A DNA stretch of 19,781 nucleotides from Fibrobacterota bacterium (GCA_043753995.1 JAYUVP010000216.1:1-19781), one strand, 5' to 3'. Numbered from the stretch's first letter, positions 9,480 through 17,713 are shown. The notes: a model not told the origin generated them from the letters alone. Made by a program: numbers and translations.

Positions 9480-9913
9480 TGAAACTGAATGAACTCCGTC
9501 CGCCCAAAGGCTCACGCCCAAAGCGGTTCAAAGTTGGTCGTGGTGAAGGTTCGGGCCTGGGTAAAACCTGCGGTCGCGGCCAAAAAGGTGCTGGCGCTCG
9601 CAAGAGCCCCGGTCGTACCGATGCATTTGAAGGCGGTCAGAATCCCATGGTTCGCCGTTTGCCCAAGCGTGGCTTCAATAGCCATTTCGCTGAAGTGCAA
9701 GCTGTGAATTTGGGCGAACTCGACAAGCGCTTCACTGGTACCGTCACTCCTGAAGATCTGGTCAAAGCTGGGCTTATTGCTCGCGCCGATGACTTGGTGA
9801 AAATTCTGGGTGCGGGCAAAATCACCAAGGCCCTCACGGTCAAGGCCAATCGCTTCAGTGTTTCTGCCAAAGCCGCCATCGAGGCTGCTGGCGGCAAAGC
9901 CGAAGTCATCTAG
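9479..9913 (+). CDS. rplO: 50S ribosomal protein L15 (uL15)
   Basis: [45 protein letters not shown] overlap with rpmD. Confidence 0.99.
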   Translation: MKLNELRPPKGSRPKRFKVGRGEGSGLGKTCGRGQKGAGARKSPGRTDAFEGGQNPMVRRLPKRGFNSHFAEVQAVNLGELDKRFTGTVTPEDLVKAGLIARADDLVKILGAGKITKALTVKANRFSVSAKAAIEAAGGKAEVI

Positions 9914-9948
9914 TCGGCAATAACGGACAAAAGGACGAGGGCAGAACC

Positions 9949-11277
9949 GTGCAGGTCATCCAGGGTTTCCTGAATGTTTTCAAGATCGCTGAGCTGCGAA
10001 CGAAGATTTTCTTCACGCTCGGAGTTCTTGCCGTCTATCGCTTGGGTGGATTTATACCCCTCCCTGGCGTGGACAGTGCGGCTATTGCCGAATTCTTTTC
10101 GAAGAATTCCAATAATCTTTTCGGTCTTTACAATACCTTCGTGGGCGGTGCTTTACAGCGCGCCTCGATATTCAGTTTGGGCATTATGCCCTATATTAGC
10201 GCCTCCATTATTATTCAAATCATGGCGACCGTGATTCCTACCCTTCAAGCCTGGCAAAAACAAGGCAATGAAGGCAAGCTTCGCCTCACCAAGTGGACTC
10301 GCATCGTCACCATCATCATCACGGCTATGCAGGCTTGGGGTGTGGCAACTTGGCTCGGCGCTCAAACCACGCCTTCCGGCATACCTCTTTTGGCTCCCGA
10401 TGTCAGTAAGCTGGGCTTTACCTTGCTCACCGTCATCACTCTGACGACCGGCACCTTGCTTATCATGTGGATGGGTGAACAAATCACGGCTCGTGGCATT
10501 GGCAATGGCATATCCCTCATTATTTTCATCGGCATTATGGCCACGGTTCCTTCGGCTGTCATGAGCGAATGGGATTTGATAATGACTGGCGAGCGCAGCA
10601 TACCGATGTTGGTAGTGATTCTCGGCATCGTTCTCATCGTGACCACCTTCATTATCTTCGTCGACCAAGGGATACGTCGTATCCCATTGCAAAGTCCCAA
10701 ACGGGTGGTAGGCCGCAAGGTCATGGGTGGACAGGCCAGCTTTTTGCCTTTCAAGGTCAATACCGCCGGGGTGATGCCAGTGATTTTCGCTTCGGCCATC
10801 ATGTTCGTCCCGACACAATTGGCGAGCTTCTTTCCTCATTTGACTGCGGCTCAGGCCGTGGGTCGATGGTTCTTACCCGATCATTATGTTTACATGACGG
10901 TTTTCGTTTTCCTCATCGTCTTCTTCTCGTACTTCTACACGGCTATCATGTACAACCCGAAAGATATCGCCGATAATCTGAAGAAGAGCGGCGGTTTCAT
11001 TCCAGGTGTGCGGCCGGGCCGGAAGACAGCGGAATTCATTGACATGATTTTGACTCGGGTAACCTTGCCCGGAGCCATTTTTCTGGCAACGATTTCCATC
11101 GTTCCTCTTATCCTGAAAACCCAATTGCACATGACGTTTTACATCGGCGGAACCAGCGTGCTCATTGCCATCGGCGTGGCCCTGGAAACTCTCCGTCAGT
11201 TCCAAACCCATCTCCAGAACCAGCACTACGAAGGATTCATGCGTAAAGGCAAAATCCGTGGTCGGAGAATGCTGTAA
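9949..11277 (+). CDS. secY: Preprotein translocase subunit SecY
   Basis: [65 protein letters not shown]; many hydrophobic segments; GTG start. Confidence 0.99.
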   Translation: MQVIQGFLNVFKIAELRTKIFFTLGVLAVYRLGGFIPLPGVDSAAIAEFFSKNSNNLFGLYNTFVGGALQRASIFSLGIMPYISASIIIQIMATVIPTLQAWQKQGNEGKLRLTKWTRIVTIIITAMQAWGVATWLGAQTTPSGIPLLAPDVSKLGFTLLTVITLTTGTLLIMWMGEQITARGIGNGISLIIFIGIMATVPSAVMSEWDLIMTGERSIPMLVVILGIVLIVTTFIIFVDQGIRRIPLQSPKRVVGRKVMGGQASFLPFKVNTAGVMPVIFASAIMFVPTQLASFFPHLTAAQAVGRWFLPDHYVYMTVFVFLIVFFSYFYTAIMYNPKDIADNLKKSGGFIPGVRPGRKTAEFIDMILTRVTLPGAIFLATISIVPLILKTQLHMTFYIGGTSVLIAIGVALETLRQFQTHLQNQHYEGFMRKGKIRGRRML

Positions 11278-11495
11278 TGTCCAAACAAGAGGGCATACAG
11301 GTTGAAGGAAGGGTCATTGAGGCCCTTCCCAATGCCATGTTCAAGGTCGAATTAGACAATGGACATGTCATTTTAGCCCATATTTCAGGCAAAATGCGGA
11401 AGAATTACATCCGTATCTTGCCTAATGACAGGGTTTTACTAGAATTGTCCCCCTACGACTTGTCGCGGGGCCGAATCACCTACCGTCACAAATAG
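11277..11495 (+). CDS. infA: Translation initiation factor IF-1
   Basis: [51 protein letters not shown] overlap with secY. Confidence 0.99.
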   Translation: MSKQEGIQVEGRVIEALPNAMFKVELDNGHVILAHISGKMRKNYIRILPNDRVLLELSPYDLSRGRITYRHK

Positions 11496-11518
11496 GCCAG
11501 CGAGCACGAGGCAATTCA

Positions 11519-11635
11519 ATGAAAGTCAGGGCTTCAGTCAAACCGCGTTGCGAGAACTGCAAAGTTGTTCGGCGCAAAGGCATAGTCTATATCATCTGCA
11601 AGAAGAACCCCCGCCACAAGCAGCGGCAGGGATAG
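11519..11635 (+). CDS. rpmJ: 50S ribosomal protein L36 (bL36), zinc-ribbon form; not in the ORF track
   Basis: Translated by hand: [38 protein letters not shown] (38 aa, CxxC...C...H), with a GAGG SD upstream. Confidence 0.98.
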   Translation: MKVRASVKPRCENCKVVRRKGIVYIICKKNPRHKQRQG

Positions 11636-11646
11636 GAGTTTAGACC

Positions 11647-12015
11647 GTGGCACGTATTTCAGGCGTCGATCTACCCGGCAATAAACGCATCGAGATTTCC
11701 CTCACCTATTTGTTTGGTGTGGGCCGCTCGAATGCCAAAGTTATTCTGCAAAAAGCAGGCGTCAATCCCGCCAAAAAGGCGTCAGAATTGACGGATGAGG
11801 ACGTGGGCCGCATTCGCCGTGTCTTGGAAGGCAACTACCAAGTCGAAGGTGATTTGCGCTCGCAAATCGGCATCAATATCAAGCGTTTGGTCGACATTGG
11901 CTGCTATCGCGGCCAGCGTCATCGCAAGGGCCTGCCCGTTCGTGGTCAGCGCACTAAGACCAATGCTCGCACGCGCAAAGGTCCCCGTAAGACCATTGCC
12001 AATAAGAAGAAGTAA
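11647..12015 (+). CDS. rpsM: 30S ribosomal protein S13 (uS13)
   Basis: [53 protein letters not shown] start with AGGAG SD. Confidence 0.99.
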   Translation: MARISGVDLPGNKRIEISLTYLFGVGRSNAKVILQKAGVNPAKKASELTDEDVGRIRRVLEGNYQVEGDLRSQIGINIKRLVDIGCYRGQRHRKGLPVRGQRTKTNARTRKGPRKTIANKKK

Positions 12016-12035
12016 GCGAAGGGCCTGAGAAGACT

Positions 12036-12515
12036 ATGGCAGACGAAAAAGTGGCCGAGAAGGCAGAGAAAGCTGAAGCTCCGAAGAAAGCCGAAAAGGC
12101 TGCTGCGGGTGAAGGCGAAGCCGCTGGCGCAGATGCCAAGGCCAAGATTAAGAAAAGCAAAAAGCGTGTGGATCCCCATGGCTGCTGCACGGTGCGCGCA
12201 TCGTTCAACAATACCGTGGTGACCATCACCGATATCAAGGGCAATGCCATTTCTTGGGGTTCGCCTGGCAAGGTCGGCTTCAAGGGTTCGCGTAAAAGCA
12301 CGCCTTTCGCCGCCCAGGTGGCAGCGGAATCAGCAGCTGTCGTGGCCATGGAAATGGGTATGCGCAAGGTCGATGTTCGCGTTAAAGGCGCGGGCGCTGG
12401 TCGCGAGTCAGCCATTCGAGCTTTGAAGGCTGCGGGTCTGGAAGTGGTTTCCATCAAGGACGTCACTGGCGTTCCCCACAATGGTTGCCGTCCCAAGAAA
12501 CGCCGTCGCGTCTAA
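12036..12515 (+). CDS. rpsK: 30S ribosomal protein S11 (uS11) with N-terminal extension
   Basis: [47 protein letters not shown]. Confidence 0.99.
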   Translation: MADEKVAEKAEKAEAPKKAEKAAAGEGEAAGADAKAKIKKSKKRVDPHGCCTVRASFNNTVVTITDIKGNAISWGSPGKVGFKGSRKSTPFAAQVAAESAAVVAMEMGMRKVDVRVKGAGAGRESAIRALKAAGLEVVSIKDVTGVPHNGCRPKKRRRV

Positions 12516-12597
12516 GCGAAAGCTTGACCGATGCAATGGCTTTGAACAAGTACGACTTAAACGGATTTTCACGGATTAGCAGCGAGGACGCCGAGAG

Positions 12598-13572
12598 ATG
12601 AAATGGAAAGCACTCCACATGCCCAAGGGCATCGTTAAGGAAAAGGGTGATTCCAAATACGGCAAGTTCGTCATCGAGCCGTTGGAACGCGGTTGGGGCG
12701 TATCTGTGGGCAATGCCCTGCGCCGTGTCTTGTTATCAAGCTTGCAAGGCGCCGCCGTGGTATCGGTACGTTTTGAAGGCGTTCAGCACGAATTCTCCAC
12801 GCTCGAGGGCGTGAAAGAAGACGTTGCCGAAATCATTCTCAACCTCAAGACCCTGCGCTTGAAGTTGTTGTCGGACGAAGACGCCACCTTGCGCCTGGAT
12901 GTTTCTGGCGAAGGCGAAGTGCGGGCCGAGCATATCGAGCCCAATCCCGACGTGCAGATTTTAAACCCCGAGCTGCATATTGCCACACTTGGCAAGAATG
13001 GCAGTTTGACGGTGGAACTGAGAATCTCCGATGGTCGCGGCTACGTGATCGCCGAGGATTTGAAGCGCGAAGATGACCCCATCGGTGTCATTCCCATCGA
13101 CGCGAATTTTTCCCCGGTTTCCAAGGTGGCTTACGAAGTCAGCGATACCCGCGTGGGTCAGCGCACCGACTTCAACCGCCTGGTCATTGAGACCTGGACC
13201 GACGGATCGATTGAACCCGAAGACGCGATGGCTTATGCCGCCAAGCTTTTGGTCGATCATTTCGAGCTGTTCATCAATTTCGAAGGCGACTTAGAAGCCG
13301 CCGAAGAAGTGGTGCGCGACGAGGAGAAGGATCGCATCCGTCAGTTGCTCAAAATGCGTGTCGACGAGCTAGAGCTCTCGGTGCGCTCCAGCAACTGCCT
13401 GCGTTGCGCCAATATCCACACCATTTCCGACTTGGTACGTAACCAGGAATCGGAAATGCTCAAGTACAAGAATTTCGGCCGCAAGTCGCTCGTCGAGCTG
13501 AATGAAGTGCTGTCCAATATGGGCCTGCATTTCGGCATGGACGTCGACTATTACCTGGGAGACGAGCGCTAA
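12598..13572 (+). CDS. rpoA: DNA-directed RNA polymerase subunit alpha
   Basis: EPLERGWG.SVGNALRRVLLSSL.G, HEFSTLEGVKEDV, IPIDANFSPV, and alphaCTD ELELSVRSSNCL...NFGRKSL.EL. Confidence 0.99.
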   Translation: MKWKALHMPKGIVKEKGDSKYGKFVIEPLERGWGVSVGNALRRVLLSSLQGAAVVSVRFEGVQHEFSTLEGVKEDVAEIILNLKTLRLKLLSDEDATLRLDVSGEGEVRAEHIEPNPDVQILNPELHIATLGKNGSLTVELRISDGRGYVIAEDLKREDDPIGVIPIDANFSPVSKVAYEVSDTRVGQRTDFNRLVIETWTDGSIEPEDAMAYAAKLLVDHFELFINFEGDLEAAEEVVRDEEKDRIRQLLKMRVDELELSVRSSNCLRCANIHTISDLVRNQESEMLKYKNFGRKSLVELNEVLSNMGLHFGMDVDYYLGDER

Positions 13573-13617
13573 GTATCGCTGTAAGCGATTCATGGCGTTT
13601 AGGCCCCTGAGGAAAAT

Positions 13618-14136
13618 ATGAGACACGGTGTAAAACACAATAGACTCGACCGCAATACCGACCATCGTCGGGCATTGGTCAACAACCTGGCCACCTCCAT
13701 CCTCAAGAAGGGTCTTGAGGAAGAGCCGATGAAGCGGCAAGTTCGCACGACTATCACCAAGGCCAAGGTTATCCGTGGTTTGGTAGAACGTCTGATCACT
13801 TATGCCAAACAAGGCGATCTCGGCGCTCGTCGCCAAGCCGCCCGCTTTGTCAAGGAGCCGGAAGTACTGCAAGGGCTTTTCGAAGTTATTGCCAAGCGCT
13901 ATTCCAAGCGTGCTGGTGGTTATACTCGCGTCTTGAAGTTGGCCGAAAATCGCCGCGGCGATAATTCGCAAATGGCCATCATCATGCTCGTGGAAGAAGA
14001 GATTCGCGAGAAGTCCAAGAAAAAGCCCGCTAAGGCCGCTAAAGCCAAGTCGGACAAAAAAGTGAATATCACCAAGTCCGAAGCCAAAAAGGCAACGGAT
14101 ACGGCGAATGAAGTGATTGCCGACAAAGCCGAATAG
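13618..14136 (+). CDS. rplQ: 50S ribosomal protein L17 (bL17) with internal insertion and Lys/Ala-rich tail
   Basis: MRH, HRRALVNNLATS, TT.TKAK, VERLITYAK, R.GGYTRVLK, RRGD. Confidence 0.98.
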   Translation: MRHGVKHNRLDRNTDHRRALVNNLATSILKKGLEEEPMKRQVRTTITKAKVIRGLVERLITYAKQGDLGARRQAARFVKEPEVLQGLFEVIAKRYSKRAGGYTRVLKLAENRRGDNSQMAIIMLVEEEIREKSKKKPAKAAKAKSDKKVNITKSEAKKATDTANEVIADKAE

Positions 14137-14186
14137 TCCCCGATTTTATCGGTAAAACTAGGGGCTTTGCCCAGCAAGAAAATGCG

Positions 14187-14219
14187 AAGAGACCTCGGAA
14201 ACGGGGTCTTTTTCGTTTT
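14187..14219 (+). terminator. Rho-independent terminator of the ribosomal-protein/alpha cluster
   Basis: AGACCTCG-GAAA-CGGGGTCT 8-bp stem with a GNRA loop, followed by TTTTCGTTTT, about 50 nt after the rplQ stop. Confidence 0.85.
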
Positions 14220-14259
14220 CCGGTTTTACGGTGAACTATTCTGATGGCAAGGTGAAGGC

Positions 14260-16143
14260 ATGAAATCAGAAAAGGTCGACATGCCGGGCGAAGAAGTCTC
14301 GCCCCTGCTCGCGAAGCTGGAATTGCTGCCGCCCTTGCCCGGGGTGTACTTGTTTAAGAATCCTAAGGGCGAAATCATCTATATCGGCAAGGCCGTGAAC
14401 TTGCGCAATCGCGTGCGCAATTACTTCAGCGGACGCGGCGCCGACAATCATTTGGCTTCGCATATCTTACGTGATGTCGCCACCGACTTAGAATGGGTGG
14501 TCACGCAAAACGAGGTGGAAGCCTTAATTCTCGAGGCGAATCTCGCCAAGAAGCACGCTCCCCGTTACAATATCGAGCTGAAGGATGACAAGCATTTTCC
14601 GTATTTGCGAATCACCCTGAGCGAACCCTTTCCACGCATCCTGGTGACTCGCCAAGTAGCTAAAGATGGCGACGCCTATTTTGGGCCTTATACCAATGCC
14701 AAGGCCATGCGCAGGACTTTGCAGTATTTACAGGGTTTATTTCGCATCCGTGATTGCGATCTCAAATTGCCGCTCTCCGAAGCCATTCGGCCATGCCTTT
14801 CGCATCATTTGGGGCGATGCGATGCCCCTTGCGCCTTTCTCGCCAGCTCGGAGGAGTATCGCAGGTTGATTGATGAGGCCGTGCTCATGCTGCGCGGCAA
14901 GCGCAAGGATTTGATGCAGGCCTTGCAACGCAATATGCAGGAGGCGGCTCAGGCTGAACGCTTCGAGGACGCCGCGCGCATTCGCGATCAAATCCAGAAT
15001 CTGGAAACCGTGCAGGAGCGGCAGCGCGTGGATTTGGGCACCGAAGATGAGCCCAAAGACCTCATTGCCGTCGCGCGCAATGGCAAAATCGGTTGCATCA
15101 CCGTATTGGAAGTGCGCGATGGTTTCGTGAATGATCGCAAGCTATTCGAGGTGAGCATACCCCTGGAGCAAGACGAGGGGGCTATACTCACCGAGTTTTT
15201 GCGGGCCTTTTACTTGGAGCGTAATCTGGGAGAGATACCCAGGGAAATCGCACTGTCGCATGCCTTGCCCGAGGAAGAAAACATGGAGGCCTTGCTGCGC
15301 GGCATTCGTGGACGCGCTGTCAGCCTGGAAGTACCGCAGCGCGGAGAAAAAGCGCGTCAATTGCAATTGGCTCTGGCCAATGCCCAAATGCAGCTCACCG
15401 AATTCGTGATTCGCCGCGAGCGCAAGAATCGCCAGAGTTATCTGGTGAGCGCCTTGCAAGAGGATTTGGGTTTGCCCAAGCCACCCAATCGCATCGAAGG
15501 TTTCGACATCTCGCATCTTTCCGGCACGGACACCGTGGCCTCGCAAGTGGTTTTCATCGATGGCAAACCCGCGAAAAAAGAGTATCGCCACTACAATGTG
15601 AAAACGGTGGAGGGAATAGATGACTTCGCCTCCATGCGTGAAGTTTTAGGTCGCCGAGCCGCCCGCATCGTGTCCGGGGATCCACAGCCTCCCGACCTGA
15701 TTTTGATTGATGGCGGCAAAGGACAATTGCGCGCAGCCTATGACGTGATGCTCGCCGCGGGAGTTCGCGAAATACCCATGATCGGTTTAGCCAAAAGGCT
15801 GGAAGAGATTTTCTTTCCCGAGCAGGGGGAAGCTTTGCTGTTACCCAAGACTTCGGCAAGCCTTAAATTATTGCAGGCCGTGCGTGATGAAGCCCATCGA
15901 TTCGCCATCACTTTTCAGCGCAGCAAGCGTACCAAATACCTGACCACGACCTGGCTGGACGGCATTGCGGGCTTGGGCGAAAAGACGCGCCTTAAGCTTT
16001 TGCAGGTTTTCGGTTCGCCACAGGGAGTGCGCGAGGCTGAGGAGGCTGCCTTGATCGTCGCCGTGGGCAAGGTACGCGCGGCCTTAGTGATTTCCGCACG
16101 TCATGCAGAAGTTACGGCGAAAGTTGAAAGCAAGTCTGATTGA
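14260..16143 (+). CDS. uvrC: Excinuclease ABC subunit C
   Basis: GIY-YIG domain (PGVYLFK...IYIGKAVNLRNRVRNYF), four-Cys region, UVR domain (FEDAARIRDQI), RNase H-like domain (RIEGFDISH, DDFASM, LIDGGKGQL, RDEAHRFA) and HhH (LDGIAGLG). The start may be ATG 14281. Confidence 0.98.
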   Translation: MKSEKVDMPGEEVSPLLAKLELLPPLPGVYLFKNPKGEIIYIGKAVNLRNRVRNYFSGRGADNHLASHILRDVATDLEWVVTQNEVEALILEANLAKKHAPRYNIELKDDKHFPYLRITLSEPFPRILVTRQVAKDGDAYFGPYTNAKAMRRTLQYLQGLFRIRDCDLKLPLSEAIRPCLSHHLGRCDAPCAFLASSEEYRRLIDEAVLMLRGKRKDLMQALQRNMQEAAQAERFEDAARIRDQIQNLETVQERQRVDLGTEDEPKDLIAVARNGKIGCITVLEVRDGFVNDRKLFEVSIPLEQDEGAILTEFLRAFYLERNLGEIPREIALSHALPEEENMEALLRGIRGRAVSLEVPQRGEKARQLQLALANAQMQLTEFVIRRERKNRQSYLVSALQEDLGLPKPPNRIEGFDISHLSGTDTVASQVVFIDGKPAKKEYRHYNVKTVEGIDDFASMREVLGRRAARIVSGDPQPPDLILIDGGKGQLRAAYDVMLAAGVREIPMIGLAKRLEEIFFPEQGEALLLPKTSASLKLLQAVRDEAHRFAITFQRSKRTKYLTTTWLDGIAGLGEKTRLKLLQVFGSPQGVREAEEAALIVAVGKVRAALVISARHAEVTAKVESKSD

Positions 16144-16175
16144 AAAGTTGAAGTGAATTGTTCGGGCGGCAGCAC

Positions 16176-16202
16176 TCAAGTCAAGCCTAATTCTGCCGAT
16201 AG
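16176..16202 (+). promoter_or_regulatory. Candidate sigma-28 (FliA/SigD/WhiG-type) promoter
   Basis: TCAA(16176-16179)-N15-GCCGATAG(16195-16202), against consensus TAAA-N15-GCCGATAA. It is intergenic and ends 59 nt before the EF-hand ATG. Confidence 0.7.
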
Positions 16203-16261
16203 CTGATCACGCGAAGGCCTGTCGTCTTTGCGAGGCGTATGCGCCGAAACCGGAGCGGAAC

Positions 16262-16852
16262 ATGATACAGGGACTGCAAGGAGGGGGAATGCATCGGCAT
16301 TTTCCCTCGGCTGCGAAGATGTTCAAGAAAATGGACAAGAATGCCGACGGCGGTATTGACGCGTCCGAATTGGAGCGCATGGCCAAGCGATCGGGGCAAA
16401 GCCCCGAAGATTTGCTCGCCAAAATAGACAGCGATAAGAATGGGAAGATCAATGCCAAAGAATTGGCCGATCTCCTCGAAGGTCAGCAAGGGGGCGAGAA
16501 TTGCCAATTGCCCACGTCGGATGGGCCGGGCAGTTCGACGAGCATCATGATGGTGATGATGCAGGTGCGCACCGTGCAGTGGTCTTCGCAAGACTCGGAT
16601 ATGGGCGGTGGCATGGAAGAATTCATGCAACAAGCTTCGATGAGCTTTGGCGGAATGCAGGGCGAGGACGCTTTTGGCGAGACCTCACCTCTTGCGGACT
16701 TCTTGAAGAATTGGAAGGCCGAGGACGCTTTCGGAGGTTCTCAACAAAATGCAAAAGCCGCGACTACGGCCTCACCTTCTGCCTTTCAGCAAGGAATGAA
16801 GGAAATGACCACGGCCATGCTCAATGTCATGAATCAATTGCAAATCGCATAG
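16262..16852 (+). CDS. EF-hand domain-containing protein with a Met/Gln/Gly-rich C-terminal region; function unknown
   Basis: Two canonical 12-residue loops, DKNADGGIDASE (aa 25-36) and DSDKNGKINAKE (aa 56-67). GGAG SD lies 6 nt before the ATG. No hydrophobic signal peptide. Confidence 0.85.
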   Translation: MIQGLQGGGMHRHFPSAAKMFKKMDKNADGGIDASELERMAKRSGQSPEDLLAKIDSDKNGKINAKELADLLEGQQGGENCQLPTSDGPGSSTSIMMVMMQVRTVQWSSQDSDMGGGMEEFMQQASMSFGGMQGEDAFGETSPLADFLKNWKAEDAFGGSQQNAKAATTASPSAFQQGMKEMTTAMLNVMNQLQIA

Positions 16853-16949
16853 TTTTCGGCTTTGAATTTCCGCTTTTAATAAAAGCAGAATCCGAACTCA
16901 GGGAAGAGTTTGGACCTTAAATAAGAAACCGGAAAATCCGGCCCCTCCC

Positions 16950-17597
16950 CTAAGACTTAACGCCATCGATAAGCTTCAATAATTCGCGAGTCCTTTGCTC
17001 AGGATCGAGAGCCAAGCTGATTTCCGTGACCAGGGCCGCCGTTTTCACTCCGCGTGAAAACAAATCTGGCAGATGATGGGCCTTGATTCCGCCCATAGTC
17101 GTCCAGGGATGGCGTGTGAGCCGGGAAAGTGCTAGCACCGCTTCGAGGCCGAGCGCTGGATAGGCACTATGATCCTTGGTGGCAGTGGGAAACATGGGCC
17201 CAATATTGATATAGGAGACGTCTTCGTTTTCAGCGGCGAGGACTTCGGCCTCATTGTGGGTAGAAAGGCCGATGATAGCCAAGGGTCCCAGTAACTTGCG
17301 CGCTTCGGACACGGGCATGTCCTCCTGACCCAAGTGAATGCCGTGGGCGCCCAGGCGAGCGGCCAATTCAACGCGATCATTGAAAAGTACCCTGGCCCCG
17401 AAGGGCTGGGCCAGGGACAAAACCTGCTTGGCTTCGGCAGCGTAATCGTCATCGTTTAATTCTTTGTCACGGTATTGCAATAAACGAATGCCTCCGCGCA
17501 AGGCGGCGGCGATGACGTCCAATTGCGGCCGCCCACCGGTGAGGCGATGATCGGTGACGAAATACAGAGGAGGCATAGCGATAAAAGGAAGCGGCAT
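16950..17597 (-). CDS. thiE: Thiamine-phosphate synthase
   Basis: LYFVTD, LQYRDK, FNDRVELA, GIHLGQED, IIGLSTHN, GPMFPTATK, GGI. The true start may be ATG 17576 (MPPLYFVTD). Confidence 0.93.
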   Translation of the reverse strand: MPLPFIAMPPLYFVTDHRLTGGRPQLDVIAAALRGGIRLLQYRDKELNDDDYAAEAKQVLSLAQPFGARVLFNDRVELAARLGAHGIHLGQEDMPVSEARKLLGPLAIIGLSTHNEAEVLAAENEDVSYINIGPMFPTATKDHSAYPALGLEAVLALSRLTRHPWTTMGGIKAHHLPDLFSRGVKTAALVTEISLALDPEQRTRELLKLIDGVKS

Positions 17598-17713
17598 GAG
17601 TTTACCAGGGGGTGATTCAAGGAGGAAAAACTAGCCAATACCTTTGGAGATACCCTTGAAAAGGATGGCCGGGAAGCGCGCGGATAGCCATACTTGAGGC
17701 AATGAGGTGATTT

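Noticed and set aside
12524..12556. TTGACC as a -35 element for an internal rpoA promoter
   Set aside because: No acceptable -10 hexamer lies 16-18 nt downstream.
13575..13590. ATCGCT-GTA-AGCGAT hairpin between rpoA and rplQ
   Set aside because: It is only 6 bp with no U-tract, too weak to call on its own.
14134..14166. Small nested stems just after the rplQ stop (CCGAT-TTT-ATCGG)
   Set aside because: They are short and most simply part of the 3' UTR ahead of the clear terminator at 14187-14219.
14220..14259. LexA box or sigma-70 promoter upstream of uvrC
   Set aside because: I found no match to CTGT-N8-ACAG, GAAC-N4-GTTC or TGCAC-N4-GTGCA. TATTCT at 14237 has no credible -35.
16187..16633. 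Antisense 148-aa ORF with a His run (HLHHHHH)
   Set aside because: The His codons are the reverse complement of the ATG/GTG run encoding MMVMM in the EF-hand gene.
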